Assembly: GCA_937625935.1 (NCBI GenBank)
Contig: OW569347.1
Location: 248,001 to 312,000, forward strand
Length of the DNA: 64,000 nt
Reading direction: 5' to 3'
From: Tetramitus jugosus
Lineage: Eukaryota > Protista > Heterolobosea
Shown here: positions 43,494 through 56,900 of the stretch, one piece after another
Layout of the letters: every line of letters starts with the position of its first letter
Position numbering within the stretch: the stretch's first letter is position 1
Made by a program: the position numbers and the translations under genes
The notes under the pieces: generated by a model
What the model was told of the DNA's origin: nothing
The model's database searches: none
The model's input: the letters and a program-made list of their open reading frames with translations, nothing else

Positions 43494-45227
43494 CTAGAGA
43501 ATTGTTGTTTTTGAATTGGGATCCAAAATTTCAATGCTCACCTTATTGTTGGACAACTCATTACCAACAATGGTCGCACTTGTTTGGGTAGCAATTGTGA
43601 TACCTCGATAATTTTGACCGATATTGTTCTGTTCGATCCTGTTATCACTAGAAACATACAAATAGACCCCACTACCCTCGTTATCTAACAAAACATTGCA
43701 TCGTGTATCTACTCCCACACAGGTGTTGATTTCTATAGCGTTTCCACATGATGATATCCGGTTGAACTTCAACAGAGCACCAACTGACTTGAATAATTTG
43801 ATGCCTGGCTTGTTTTTCGTCCCAGTTATATCGCAGCCTGATATTACAATATCTTTGCATAAGTTCAAATCAAAACGGCAATTCTTGATCACACAATTCT
43901 CGAACCTAGGAATTGATTGAGAAATGAACAGCTTTTGCTCGCCGAACCCTTGAATCTGAATACCCTTGAAATTCAACTTCAACCAACCTTCTAGCTTCCA
44001 TGTTGAATTCAAGCGAATCACTGCCCTCGAAGAGAAGTGGTCCTCGTTACACAGGAATGATATCCGTTTTGTTTGTGCGACGAAGAATGGTTGATAATCG
44101 AGAGTGTACTTTCCTGGATGCACCCTGACTTCCACCTCCTCATAACTTGGTATTTCAGTTGATACAAACACCAACAAGTCAGCCAAGTTTGCAAATATCT
44201 TGTCTCGTGGTGCGAGATGATTGTGTTGAGAGTCTTCCCGATTCGAAACATTTGAAGGATTCCCAAGATGTATGATTACAACATTCTGCTTAGGAGTGCC
44301 TATCGTTCTATAATTTTGTTCACTTTCTTCGACTGAACAGTTGTCCCCAGAAGTTCTTTCACATGGACTCACGCAACACACTACGTGATCGTGTTCAGCA
44401 AAAGCACCGCCAAAGGGACTGAGCGGTGTTCCAGATGACATCACGGAAATATTGTCACCATCAACAACAATTGCTGCTGCTTCTGCTGCTGGTTCTACCA
44501 TATGGTCATCCACTCCACAAGTGCATGTCGTCTGATTACTATTGATTGTTTTTACAATCTCTTCGACATTGGATTCTATAAGATTGGCTTCACACTCATA
44601 TTGCTTCATCCATTGCTCAATTTCGAGCAGTTGACTCTGCATGTGCGTATGAATTTGAAAGAGATCTGTTTTGTGATGCTGTAACATTGCGCTCGTTACT
44701 CGTTCAGAGTACTTGTTCAAACTGGAGGCCATGTATCGTCTCATACTATTGAGTGCAGTGTTCATATATTCGAAACGAAGAGTCAACTCCTCCCAAGCCA
44801 CAATTTCACTTGGTATGTCGCTAGTGACGCTACTAGCGTTTGATCGATTACTATTGTCATCGAAGAGCTTGAGTGTTGGTCTCGGAGTGAGAGGAGTTTT
44901 CGAATGAAGAGAGAACTCATCTGTGGAATACAGATTTGTGTTCTTTATCATCGTGTCACCTGGTGTAACAGAGGCTTCACTTGTCGCTGGGTTTGTTGTT
45001 GAACTGGTCAGAGATGAACGAGATCTTGGAGAGTCAATATTTACGATAGATTTTCCTGACATGACATTCTTGAGGTTCTTCTCTATTCGGGTCAAAGATT
45101 TCTCCAACAATCGAATCCGATGCTTAAATTCGCGATATTCTTCAATACAACCCACAGAATGTTGAGTTTTACTATCATCGCTTGAACGTTCGCTATGTGG
45201 TTTTCTTTTCAGAATCTGATTCCCCAT
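43494..45227 (-). CDS. coiled-coil plus right-handed beta-helix (PbH1/NosD-like) protein
   Basis: VHPGKY, repeats such as NRIEQNNIGQNYRGI; MGN start. Confidence 0.75.
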   Translation of the reverse strand: MGNQILKRKPHSERSSDDSKTQHSVGCIEEYREFKHRIRLLEKSLTRIEKNLKNVMSGKSIVNIDSPRSRSSLTSSTTNPATSEASVTPGDTMIKNTNLYSTDEFSLHSKTPLTPRPTLKLFDDNSNRSNASSVTSDIPSEIVAWEELTLRFEYMNTALNSMRRYMASSLNKYSERVTSAMLQHHKTDLFQIHTHMQSQLLEIEQWMKQYECEANLIESNVEEIVKTINSNQTTCTCGVDDHMVEPAAEAAAIVVDGDNISVMSSGTPLSPFGGAFAEHDHVVCCVSPCERTSGDNCSVEESEQNYRTIGTPKQNVVIIHLGNPSNVSNREDSQHNHLAPRDKIFANLADLLVFVSTEIPSYEEVEVRVHPGKYTLDYQPFFVAQTKRISFLCNEDHFSSRAVIRLNSTWKLEGWLKLNFKGIQIQGFGEQKLFISQSIPRFENCVIKNCRFDLNLCKDIVISGCDITGTKNKPGIKLFKSVGALLKFNRISSCGNAIEINTCVGVDTRCNVLLDNEGSGVYLYVSSDNRIEQNNIGQNYRGITIATQTSATIVGNELSNNKVSIEILDPNSKTTIL

Positions 45228-45451
45228 TGACTGTTTTGTTTGCTTCCATTACTTTTCTTTCAAAGAAAGGAAGAAAAACTATGTTATCTGGCAGGTGACA
45301 AGGAAATTCAAAAATACCAGCAGGTTAAAAAAAGGATGTCATGTCGAATCTGTCGGAGGAATTATTGTCTCCTGTTGTATTCATCGCCACACTTCAATCT
45401 CTCCATAATCCACAAGTTTAATCTTGCTTGAGATGTCATTCGTTTGGACAA

Positions 45452-46480
45452 TCATAATTTAAATTCATTCAAAAAGTGTCTGAGTTGCTTTTCATAATTT
45501 TGCAAGAGAAGAATATCAATCATAATTGATTCATGCGTCTTCCTCTGTCTGCTCTTCAGATGTCCATCCAACAGAATAGTACGAGCTGTTCTATTGTACA
45601 CCATTCTATTATCTTTGTGTCCCTTGCAACAAACCGCGCTATCCTTTGCCGAATGGCAGTGCAGCTCATCCTCAATGCTTGTGCTAGGGCTCAGATGTAA
45701 TCTCATAGAGTCACTCCATCTCGCAAGATTATGCAAAATGTTACTAGGCAATGCAACATGCGACAAATAGAGTCGATGTACTGATGACCTTGTGATTGAT
45801 TCTATATCACTCTCCGCAATTGTTCCATACTTCAAATGTAGTTCTGAAATGTTGAATCTTGGCAGAAAACAATTCAAGGTTGCTGGCTTCATTTCCTGGA
45901 TCATCAATTTTTTCAAGCCATGGTGAATCGTTGGGTCATGTGCTACAAACTTTGAATCAATATCTTGCCAATTTTCCATGCTTATATTCAGCTGTTTTAG
46001 GGCTGGAAACAAGTGACACAATGTTGCGATGAGCTTGTAGTTTTCGTCAATTGTAAAATCCAAGTATCGAATGACTTTAGCAATTCTAGAAAATCTGCTA
46101 CATGCAGTGATCAGGGCATCAAAGCGATATGAATTGGTGTTTCTGATCGTCGAAATGTTGGTCGTGTTGCCCGTTAGTACATGAATGGATTGCATGCATG
46201 ATGGTTTGAGCGCTTGGACAGCTGCATATCCACTAGAAGTTTCATTCCAAGTCACATCATTATTCCAATAGAAACTAATGTGACTCAAGTATTTACATAG
46301 GAAGAGATATTCTTTGGCAAAGACGGCAAAGCACAGATTTGGTTGCAAAAGGAAGACTCGCCCATCTTTTCGACCAAACAACTGCTCAATCACCAATATT
46401 GAATGAAATATTGTTTGTACAGGACGAAATGAGAAGATGTGCTCAATGCAATCAACTGACAGCAGAGTGTAGTCATCCAT
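45452..46480 (-). CDS. F-box-like/LRR-like protein
   Basis: LSVDCIEHIFSF, FPALKQLNI, LKKLMI, ISELHL. Confidence 0.55.
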   Translation of the reverse strand: MDDYTLLSVDCIEHIFSFRPVQTIFHSILVIEQLFGRKDGRVFLLQPNLCFAVFAKEYLFLCKYLSHISFYWNNDVTWNETSSGYAAVQALKPSCMQSIHVLTGNTTNISTIRNTNSYRFDALITACSRFSRIAKVIRYLDFTIDENYKLIATLCHLFPALKQLNISMENWQDIDSKFVAHDPTIHHGLKKLMIQEMKPATLNCFLPRFNISELHLKYGTIAESDIESITRSSVHRLYLSHVALPSNILHNLARWSDSMRLHLSPSTSIEDELHCHSAKDSAVCCKGHKDNRMVYNRTARTILLDGHLKSRQRKTHESIMIDILLLQNYEKQLRHFLNEFKL

Positions 46481-46574
46481 CTCTGTTTTTTCCAGAATGG
46501 GGAGGTGAATTTTTTTCTGTTTGTCCGCATTTGAAGGAAACTTTGTGTGAAAATATGTTTATCAGTGGTTCATC

Positions 46575-49500
46575 TTACATGTCCTTGAGTTCTTGTTCGT
46601 CGGTATCAAAATCTTCGACTTCTGTTGTCGTTGCTGGGCCAATGTAATCTGTGTATTCGCTGTAAAGCTCCACACCCTTGTCGTTCAACTTGCCTCTCTT
46701 CTTCATTTGTCTCTTCTCAAGTCTTCGCAACCTTCTCAATCGAGCTTTCTCCTTCAATCTGTCCTTCTTTCTCTTCTCCCATTCAGACGCGAAGAATGAC
46801 TTCTTTGCTGCCTTCAGACACACATCTGGAATTAGAGCCAACACCAATATGAGCAATGTAATGAGATAGAATCTGTAGTGCGAGAATACTTCAAAGGACA
46901 CCCAGTACATCGCTGAACTTCCAAAGAATGTTTTGATGCCAGCATAAGCACACATAAAGGCAAAGAAAAGAATGATACTCAACCATACACTCACGTGATT
47001 CAAAACGGTAAAGTAATTCATCTCGAGCAGTGCCTTACCACAGACGACTAGGAAAACATTCACTGAAAGGATAGTCGAAACGACCCACAAGCCGTCTGAT
47101 TGATATCCCTCTAATGATTCTGGTGTAGTTGTATAAATGGTTACGAAGAACACAACTGCTGCATGGTAGAGTGCTTGAAATGACCAAACAGCAAAACTTG
47201 GCAACGTTAAACTCAGTCCGAAACCAAACTTGTCCAATTTCAAGTTCTTGTACAGAGTGGGCCATCTCTCCAAGGTGTGCTCATCAATGTCCTTCTCAAA
47301 TATACCCATCACAAATGGAGGAAGCAGCGTGAAAACCATGTTGTACAGCGTCAGAACCCACGATTCAATGATTGTTTGACCAGAGTACTGGCAATAAAAT
47401 CCAAAGAAGAATTGCAAGAAGGTGAGTACCAGATTCTTGTAGAAGGAATACTGAACAAACAAAGCAGATCTAGTGAGGGAGTATCTACCATGGACGGCCA
47501 ATAGTCTCTTCAAATGGAAGAATCTAGGGAGAGCGTAATCAGCAGCATTCACTGCTTGACTTCCCTCCTTTCCAGAAATACCAACACCTACTTTGGCCTG
47601 TTGAATCATACTGACATCATTGGCACCATCACCAATAGCCAAACCATTCTTCTTAAACATCTTATACACCTGTCTCACAACTCCTTGCTTGTGAGCAGGG
47701 ATGGCTCGACAAACAATAACGGTTTTACAGTGAACACAAACGCTAGCAAACAACTTGGCAATCTCGCTATATCGTTCAATCAAGCTAACAACACCACCAT
47801 TCATCACTAAGCAAATATCAGGATTAAGATTTTCTGCCTTAATCTTAGTAATATTATTGAGTGATGTATTCAACAACTCAATCGCTTTTTGACGCTCGAC
47901 CGTTGGATCAGAGTGAGAATCAAGCTCAATATCTTCAACAAAAGTAATTTCCTCCTTTGCTCCTACCGTTTTGATAATTCTTGCGAGTTGAGCTACATTC
48001 TTTGCTGTTTGTCTCTTGTCTCCAGTTAACACCCAGAACTGAATTCCGGCCTCGAGCAAGAAATCAATTGTATCTGCCACATTTTCCTGTAATCTATCCT
48101 CAATAGCAGTTGCACCGCAGAGTTCCATTTGCTCCTCGATTTCAGAAGCAACACGATCCATTCTGAGCACTCTCACACTAGAATCTGATGTCACAGCAGA
48201 AGCCTTGATGTACCTTGCTCTCCATTTTATCGCATCGTCAGCAAATATAACTCTATGGGTCAGAAGAAGAGTTCTGAGACCCTCAGTAGCAAAATCATCC
48301 AGATATTTTTGAGTTTTCTGAAGCAAAGCATCAATAGGTTCATTGTCAGGCGTGACTGGACACAAGAGAGGAATCATAAAGCTGTCAGCCCCCTTCGTGT
48401 AGCAAACACACGGCAAATCATCTTCAGTGAATTGAGGATGATCCACTCTAACGCCTCCAGGAGCGAACCATGGAAACTGTTGGAGAAGCGACAGGGGAAT
48501 TCTCACAATGACACTCATTCTCTTACGGTCTGGAGTGAACTTGATAGTATAAACTTTGCGGAAGCAATGGGTGACACCATCAATGGTAACAACGGTCTCT
48601 GTATCACTCTGTGATTCAAGCTTAAATCCGTTCAACAGTGCTGTATTAACGAGACAAATTTCATCAGGACTCTCACCAGAATATACTCCACCTTCAATAA
48701 TAATTTCATTATTGATAGCTAAATTGAGCATATAATGCATTACCAACTGTCTGTGTCTCTCGTCTTCTTTTGCGTCCTCAGGCACAAAGGAATCTCCTGC
48801 GAGAAGCTTCCTACCCAAAAGTGCTTCATTTATCTCCTCGTTATGCACGATTTTTGAGCCAATACCGAGCTGTTTGAACACCATCGTATTATTTGTTAGA
48901 GTACCAGTCTTATCTGAAAACACAATATCAATCTGCGACAAATCAGCATTCAAATCAGCAGCTCCAACATCCATAGGAATATCACCCTCTTCATAATACA
49001 TGCTCAAATCTTGTTTCATAAAGTATGCTTGAATCTCCTTAATGAACTGTAAACTCACAAAGAGAGACATTGGAATCAACAGATTCAACAGAATGAAATT
49101 GGTAAAATATGAGAATACCACATATTTAAAGTTCACTTGATTGGTAGTATTGTGCAAGTCTGGTTCGATATAGAATTGATCCATTGTTTTTTGTTTCTAT
49201 CGTATCAATCACAAACAAATTTGTTGTCAGTCATCTCTTCTCCTCAATTGTACAATAATAAAAAATGACACTTAAACATACCTGCGTAACAGAGGACAAA
49301 ATTGTGAAAAGAATTGTAAGCACTTGATGAATAACAACGAGCAGTCCCAAAATCAGATTCACTCTGGTGTCAATGAATGATGTCTTCTTCTTCCTCTTTG
49401 CAGTATTCAACATAACCTTGGTTTCCATGCCCGTGTAGCAGACCACACCGTACAGAACAGATGTATTCTTCAGTGTACATCCCTTGAGAATCATATTCTC

Positions 49501-50892
49501 TGGGCCAACTGCTTCTTCCATTTGCTCTCCCTCCAGGTTTACAAATGAGATTGTACCTTCGACCTTGTCCAAATCCTTTACTGGCGCATTCATCTTGATA
49601 TCTCCAGAAAAGTTTGTCAAGTCCTCCTCATTGTTCAAATAAGCAGTCTGAGATCTTCCGAATCTTGGTTTCATATTCGCTTCACCATCGAGTTGTGATG
49701 TTTCAATGTAACACTTGTTTCCTTTGTTTGATGCGTACAAGACGAGTAAATCTGCTGGGATTGGGTCCTCTGAAGTCAAGAACACAATTTCACCCACAGA
49801 CAATTTACCAGTTCGGATAGGCACTCGTTGTCCATCACGAATCACTTGAACCGTCCTGCTATTATCAATTCTATTCTTTCTGTATCTCTTGAAATCTTCA
49901 ACCAGATCCTTGAGCATGTTCACACCGAGAATAAACACGACGGGAAGCACAGAAGTCACTGGATTGGTAGGTGACACACCAGGAATCAAAGAAAAGATCA
50001 TCACAATCAAAAAGTACCAATTATGCAACTGGAACCTGTACTGCAAATACAGATTCAGTGGAACAAAGTTAATGGGAATATAATTCCACCACCAGTACTG
50101 CGTAGTAGAGATGGTATTGTTCGGGAAGAGCTTTGTCTTGAACAATTGAGCCTCAATCACATGCTCATTCAATAACTTATTGTCTTCACTACCAACCTTC
50201 ACCTTTACCGTCTGTCTCACCTTGACCGACTTGTTCTGTTTCTTGTCATTGATTCGAATTTGTCTCGGGGCGTTCTTGGACGTGTTTGTGTTGTCCTTTG
50301 GTTTGTTGTTATGGTTGTTGTGAACATTATCATTGGGCAATGAAATGGTCGAAGCACTGTGAACCGACGACTCCTTTCCATCTTGATCACCACCCAGGAG
50401 GTTGGATGAAGAGGCAGAGGGACTGTTGGGGGATGAATTCACCGTATTGTGATTCAAGTTGTAAATGTAGTCCAAACTAGGTGGATCGACAATGGTGTTT
50501 TGATTGTTTCTTGCCACGAGAGACTCCTTTCTGAGATCACCACCACTGTTTACTCTACTATTGTTGTTATTAGTGTGACTCGATGGTGATTGTGGCTCCT
50601 CAAAATAAGCCTCTTGGATCACCATGTCCGTATGCCTTGGTGTGAGAATGGTTGATTGCTCGAATGAAGTACCAAGCACAATCTCTTCTTGATGCTGTTG
50701 TTGTTGTTGTTGTTGTTGAGAGTGATGAGAAGAAGAAGTAGAACGAGTGTGAGTAGAAGGACGAGAGACTGGTGTTGTGATAGGATCAGAGTCAAAAGGA
50801 CCTACATTGGTTGCGATTGTTGTGGTGGAAAAAGAGCTATTGTTGTTGTTGTGATGACTGCTGTGGTCATAGTCATTATTCTCAGGATCCAT
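46575..50892 (-). CDS. P4-type ATPase (phospholipid flippase), 2 exons
   Basis: LDGEAN, IPMSL, DKTGT, SPDE, KGAD, EGLRTL, TGDK, GDGAND; intron 49281-49197. Confidence 0.95.
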
Positions 50893-51417
50893 TCGTAGTT
50901 GCTATTGTTGTTGTCGATTGCAAGAATGCACTCGTGTGGTTGTTGTTGGATTGTTTGAAAGGGGTGCAATGTCCTCACTCACAAATAATGGACGTCGGTG
51001 ATCGTTTGGTTTGTTGAGGTTGTTTTTATAAATATGCAACGCTCTCTTTCACCAACGTTGTGTTTGTTGAGCTCCTGTTTGGGTTTGTTGTTGTGGGATT
51101 TTTTTGTTTGTAGAGTAGCAGGGTGCACAATAATGGCTTGAGTTGGGTGATTCCAAAGTCCTTTTGGCCAAAGCGCAATTTTTTTCTGAATCTATTGGGA
51201 GAATCTGTGTGATCGTTGTCTCTCATTTCCCCTCAAGTCCGTTCTGTGGCCGCCATTTCATGGCTGAATCCGCGGATGCCATTGTTCCGAGAACCAATCG
51301 GATTTATCCGAAAATCGAAGCTTCAATCCGAAACGTTTTCATATGCTCTACATTAAGAGGGACAAGGAAATAGCTGAGTACCACCCTTTTTGTGATTTTA
51401 TTGGTTTACGTTGTGAC

Positions 51418-53252
51418 TTACAAAAACATGAAACTAGAATGTTCCTTTTTCAGTGCCTCGTAGGCTCGGTCATCGTACACATGCTCCAGAACGCAGGACT
51501 GAATAGAGTACACCTTTGTTGATTCCCGTACTAGTGCTGTGGTGATAAACACCAACACTTGTTGTGTGAGTGGGTCTCTCAATCGGTAAACAATCTCGAC
51601 TGCAGGTTGATCAGAGATTGTAATAGTCCTATCTGATACTACTTCCAAAATTGTAGACTGTGATGATTGCAGTTCAGAAATTAGGATATCCTTCAAGACA
51701 GAGGTGTTGCTCAATGGTGATTGCAGATCCCGCACAGCAATACGGGTTTGAGAAATAACGTCAGTATCAACAGCGCTCGGTGGAATAGAAAATGTCACAA
51801 TTGGATATACTGCATGCTGTTTCACAAAGTATTCAGCATTCGTGTCGTATCTGAATTTGTGTGTCTGGTTCGAATAGGTAATTAAATCTTTGGCAATTTC
51901 TTTCCTCTCATTAAAAGCAATACTCGATATTGTTTTTAATGCTTCCACTTTCCAAATGTCTCCATCTTGTAAGAGACAACGCGTATGCACAATGAACACT
52001 GATGCCTCATATTCGAAGATTGCATCATAACATCTATATTCGATATCATCAAACTTTGCGACATGGGTAATTAAATGAGCAGGAGCAGACAATGAACTAA
52101 TATTAATTGATTCAAGCCCTGTCATGATTGATCCATTGACCTTCTCCCTATACTCGGAAATAAATTGGTTCAAATCTCCACTCCACTCCTTTTTTTCGCT
52201 AATTTCAATCATTCTCCTCAATTGATCACCAGACGCAATGGATGCACATAGAACAATATCCGAGTCCATGTATGGCTTACGCACATGGTAGCTATAGTTG
52301 GGCAGCGTGACTGATATTTGGTGTCGTCCATCATGAGCAGCGACATGAGCTCTCACAGACACCACATCATATTGTTTCTCCTTATCGATTTGCAATGTGT
52401 TCACAATCTCTCTTGCAACGGTCGTGTCAAACAATTGCATATCTGTGCAAGTGTATTGCACTGTGATTGCCTTTGTTAACAGAGTTGTGACCAACACCCA
52501 CATTCTAATGGCTTGATTCGGTCCTGGCGTAGTCACCATGAGTTCCAATTCTCTACCATGCAAATCTCCTGAAACAACCACAGATTGTTCATTTCTTGTC
52601 TGAACAGAAGATCCAGCCAATGATAACTCATGAATTGCACTTTGAAGGAACAAATCGGCTGGAACTTCTTCGTCCTGATCCTCAATGTGAATCAATATCT
52701 GTGCATTATTTGTCTTATCTTTAAAGTCACTGGTGTGAGTAACTACTACAACAACAAAAAGGTTTGTGATCACAAAAAAACATGATCACAACAAAAAAAA
52801 AATGCACGCGTACCATTCTTGTCCGTAATCTGAAGTGCATACGATCCATCTTCATTGGTCGATGAAATCACTTGATAACTTGTGGGATACTTGAACTGAA
52901 TACCCAATGATTCATCGTGGTACACGGACCATTTGGATGTATCAAACGATGAACTCTTTTGGGAATAGACAAGGACATCACTTGGACCAATTTTTGCAGT
53001 TTTATCAGGCACTTTTTGTTGTTGTTGTTCGTCAACATTTGATCTCCATTTCTGATAAATATAGTAGCCACCAACAGAAAGCACGAGAATGGCGCCAGCG
53101 ATCACAATGGTTCTCACGGGCAGTCCACCACTACCTGCCGAACTGTTGCTACTACTATTGTTAGTGTCAATCTGTGGTGGTGCGATTGTAGGCACTCGTG
53201 TCGTCATAACTGATGTTGGCATCGTTCGTTGTTCAATTGTTGTTGCTGACAA
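51418..53252 (-). CDS. single-TM protein with PsbP/DcrB-like repeats, 2 exons
   Basis: TM IVIAGAILVLSVGGYYIY; YHDESLGIQFKYP, YSNQTHKFRY, TISDQPAVEIVY; GTACGC donor near 52813. Confidence 0.6.
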
Positions 53253-53344
53253 GCTTTTTTGTTTTGCTGGTCCACGTGATGCCCGCCAAAAAACTTTCCC
53301 AAAAATAACCTCTGTCCAGTTACAAAAATCAACAATTCACTTGT

Positions 53345-53962
53345 ATGAACAGAATTGTGACCCAGTGCCAACAAACGAGAAGAGCGTTGAGATACAGTAG
53401 TAGGAGGAGACATGGTTGCACATCAGCTCACTGCTTATACTCCACGAACAGTGCTGCTGACCATTCACTGCAGATTACTGCCGATCATCTACCACTCACC
53501 CATATACGAGTGGGTCACTTTGCCACAATGACCAAAGTTTTCACGCAGGAACACGTCCAACAATTTGCTTCATTGGTTGGAGATTTTAATCCCGCCCATT
53601 TTGACGATCAATATGTACAGCAAGAAATGAAGGGAATTTTTAAGGGCAAAGTGATTCACGGTATTCTTGTTGGCGGATTGATCAGTGCTTTAGCGGGAAC
53701 TGTGCTGCCTGGTCCAGGTTCGATATATCTTTCACAGAACTTTCGTTTCGTCAAGCCAGCGTACACGAACGATCTTCTGTGTGCCCGGGTGGAGTGCAAG
53801 AAGGCACTGAACAAATCTGGCAACGTATTTCTGTTTGAAACAACAGTAACCAATCAGACAACTGGTGAGGTGTTGATTAATGGAGAAGCAACGGTATATC
53901 ATCCAAAATTACGATTACTTGAAGAAAATTCTTCCTCTGAGGTTGATGATACAACAAAATAA
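53345..53962 (+). CDS. MaoC-like (R)-hydratase / HTD2-like dehydratase with mitochondrial presequence
   Basis: GDFNPAH, IHGILVGGLIS, LPGPGSIYLSQNFRF. Confidence 0.88.
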   Translation: MNRIVTQCQQTRRALRYSSRRRHGCTSAHCLYSTNSAADHSLQITADHLPLTHIRVGHFATMTKVFTQEHVQQFASLVGDFNPAHFDDQYVQQEMKGIFKGKVIHGILVGGLISALAGTVLPGPGSIYLSQNFRFVKPAYTNDLLCARVECKKALNKSGNVFLFETTVTNQTTGEVLINGEATVYHPKLRLLEENSSSEVDDTTK

Positions 53963-53972
53963 AGGTTTGTTT

Positions 53973-56900
53973 TTAATGGCTAGAGAAGTCATCCTTGAGC
54001 TCGTTGGAGGCATCTTTTGCTAACATGTAATTCTTATAGGCTTCAGTAGCTGCTAATCTAGTCATTGTATCTGCAATGTTCATCATACAGACGCCATAAA
54101 GTTTAGCTAATGCTCCTTCGGCATCGGCAGCAGAAGGCTCTCCCAACTTTGCCACCTTGAGGAACACTTGCTTTCCTTGGTTCGATATATTGAGCTGCCT
54201 GACACTATTGTTCTCAATGTACACTTCCTGAATCTCATACAACATTCTCTTTCTATCCTCTGTGCTCATCAGTAGATTATCGGAGCGCAAAGACTCCAAC
54301 TCTTTCCAGAGTAATACATTTTCCAGAGAAAATTCTTTGCGACAATAGTCATGAACGAGATTGTATCCAGCTTGATGTCTCAACAGGTCCAAAACTTTCT
54401 GATCATACACAGTTTCTTTGGAGGAAAGTTCTGACGCGGAGGATAGTGGCTTGTAAAGAGAGGATCTTCTCTTTTGTATCATGTTTTTCAAGCTCACAAT
54501 GAAAATGAAACCTCCAAATGCGAATATTCTTACAAACATGAATATCAGTTCAATAACAGTACGAACGATCATGACCGGGGTCTTAGGTCTTGGATCCTGA
54601 ATAATAGTCGCAATACCTATCGAGTACAGAACAAGGATGATCAGAACAGCGATAACAATAATACCTGCTTCAGTTCGAAAGAGCAATGGGTCCCCAATGT
54701 AGTATTTCTTGAGTAATCCTAAGCCCTTTGTTTTCTTCACATATATTTGTTGTTGTTCGCTGTCGTGATCATCAAAGGTAGACGTCGCTGCAGATTCTTG
54801 CTTCGCAGAGTACATGATATCGATGAACAGAGTGATTACAATGCCAAGAGATAAAATGAGTAGCATAACAGCAAATGATACCGCCTGAACCGTTACAACC
54901 ACGTCTCTTTTGTCCACTGATCCAATATCATTATAATGGGCAGCGAGACCGACCAGAATAACAAAATAAGCCATTGTCGATACACCAACCAAAATGGAAA
55001 CCGTGAGAAAAACGAGTTTCGAAGCCAGAACACGGTTGAGATGGATGAACTTTTGTTGGTATGACTTGTTTGCGAATGGCATTATGTGGTAAATGTTTTG
55101 TAACATAAGGAATCTTATCTGCTGCCATAGGAATGCGAACAACGAAGCCACGAACAATGGATTCGCAGTCAATATGATAATATAGGAAAATGCATCAGAG
55201 GCAGCTTGTTTCTTGGCAAGTGATAGCGCATTTCTAATCCAGCCTTGCAACACACTATCAACAATAATGGCAACAATACCTAGGAATGGTGCTATAAATC
55301 TTGATCTGATGGGTTGCTGATGCATGACTAAGAACAGTCCGATCAACAAGGGAACACATATAAATATATAGATCGAGTTAAATACAATTCCAGTGATCTT
55401 AATACCTGCATAGGCAACACAAGCATCTCCTTTTTCTAGAACAAAAGCTGAGAAGCTGGTGGTGTGATTACAAGCACATGAAATAAAATCATCGGTTTCA
55501 TGGTCAATCCAATAACAACCATCTGTTTTCCATTGTTTTTCATCTTCATTCCAGTATTGACACTGAAATTTGGCATCTGGGCAAGCTCCCTGTGATCTTG
55601 CCTTACTCCTATTGAATGTGATCATTAGAGGTTCTGTAAGATTCGCTACAGGTATGACAGCACCATCAGTATTTTTGAATTTGATATCGATGACAGAGCT
55701 GGATGCAGTGTCAGATTCTCCAAGAGATTTGATTTGATATGGATTCGTTTGGAACACGAGAATAGACGATGTAATGGTTTCTACACTGATGTCACTAGCA
55801 AGTTTGTATGGAATTTGGAATGAATCAACATCGTTCTCGCTATCGGTGCCAACAGTTGAATTAGCAAGATCTGACAACTGACCAATTACCACTGTCAATC
55901 TGAAGTTGTCAGAGGTCAAGGTAGTGGGAGGATCACGAATAAAGAGTCCCGAGGTTATAAGTTTTGCCAGATCTTCAGCTGTTTGAACAGTCAGATTGCC
56001 AACATGTCGATCTGTGAATCCATTCGCGGCGACATTAGAAATTATATTAACAACGTTTTGGAAGCCACCTTTCGTCACCAAAATTGTAGAACTATTCTTT
56101 TGATCAACGTTAATTACATTACCAACGATATCAAGGGCTGTCTCCTTGTCTCTATCTGATAATATTACACTATTCTGAGTAACCATATTTACAACAAGGA
56201 ATTGTTGTTCGACAGATACTGGGTTGAGATCGAAAAGTGAGGCGGTATAATTCAAAATTCGACTCACTAACACCTTTAGCTCGTCATAATTTTCCATCAC
56301 TTGAATTTTAGATGCTTCTCTAATTTGTGAAGCTACCGTGAGTGTTGTCGTATAGTTTCCTGATTCTATGGCTTCATTAAACTTTTGAGTGAGCAATCCA
56401 CCTACAAATGAAGGTTTAACATGAATGATACTTTCGCCTAACCCAAAATTGCCATTATCTGGATCAATGACTCTAACTCTGACATGTAGTTGGTAATTGG
56501 TTTGATTTCCTGATGGTAGAACGGTGACAATAGAGGACTTTGTTGATTCCCCGAGTCGAATATATTCCCCACTGAACAAGTCTAGATAGGAGAATGAATA
56601 GATCAAATTTGATCCGAGCCAATTTGTAGCTTGAATATTGAAATCATCTCTCAGACTATATCCCTCCTCTGGAGTGATCGAGAGTGGAGTCTTGCCAACA
56701 GGAGTAATATCTTGAGATGGATTTGTGCTTATCCTGATGGTTATTGTCATCCAATCCATGTTCGGCACTTTGAAACGTAGGGTTACATCAATTAATACAT
56801 TAGGATTCATCCCTAATGTTGCATCGAGTGGAAAGATAGAAAGAGACCGAGAAGAGGAGCTCTTTGACAAAATATTATTGTCTTTTGTCGTGATGTTGGT

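Noticed and set aside
51130-51303. Possible multibranch RNA in the gap upstream of the P4-ATPase
   Set aside because: Only 5-9 bp stems that rely on G-U pairs in a G/T-rich strand; compatible with chance.
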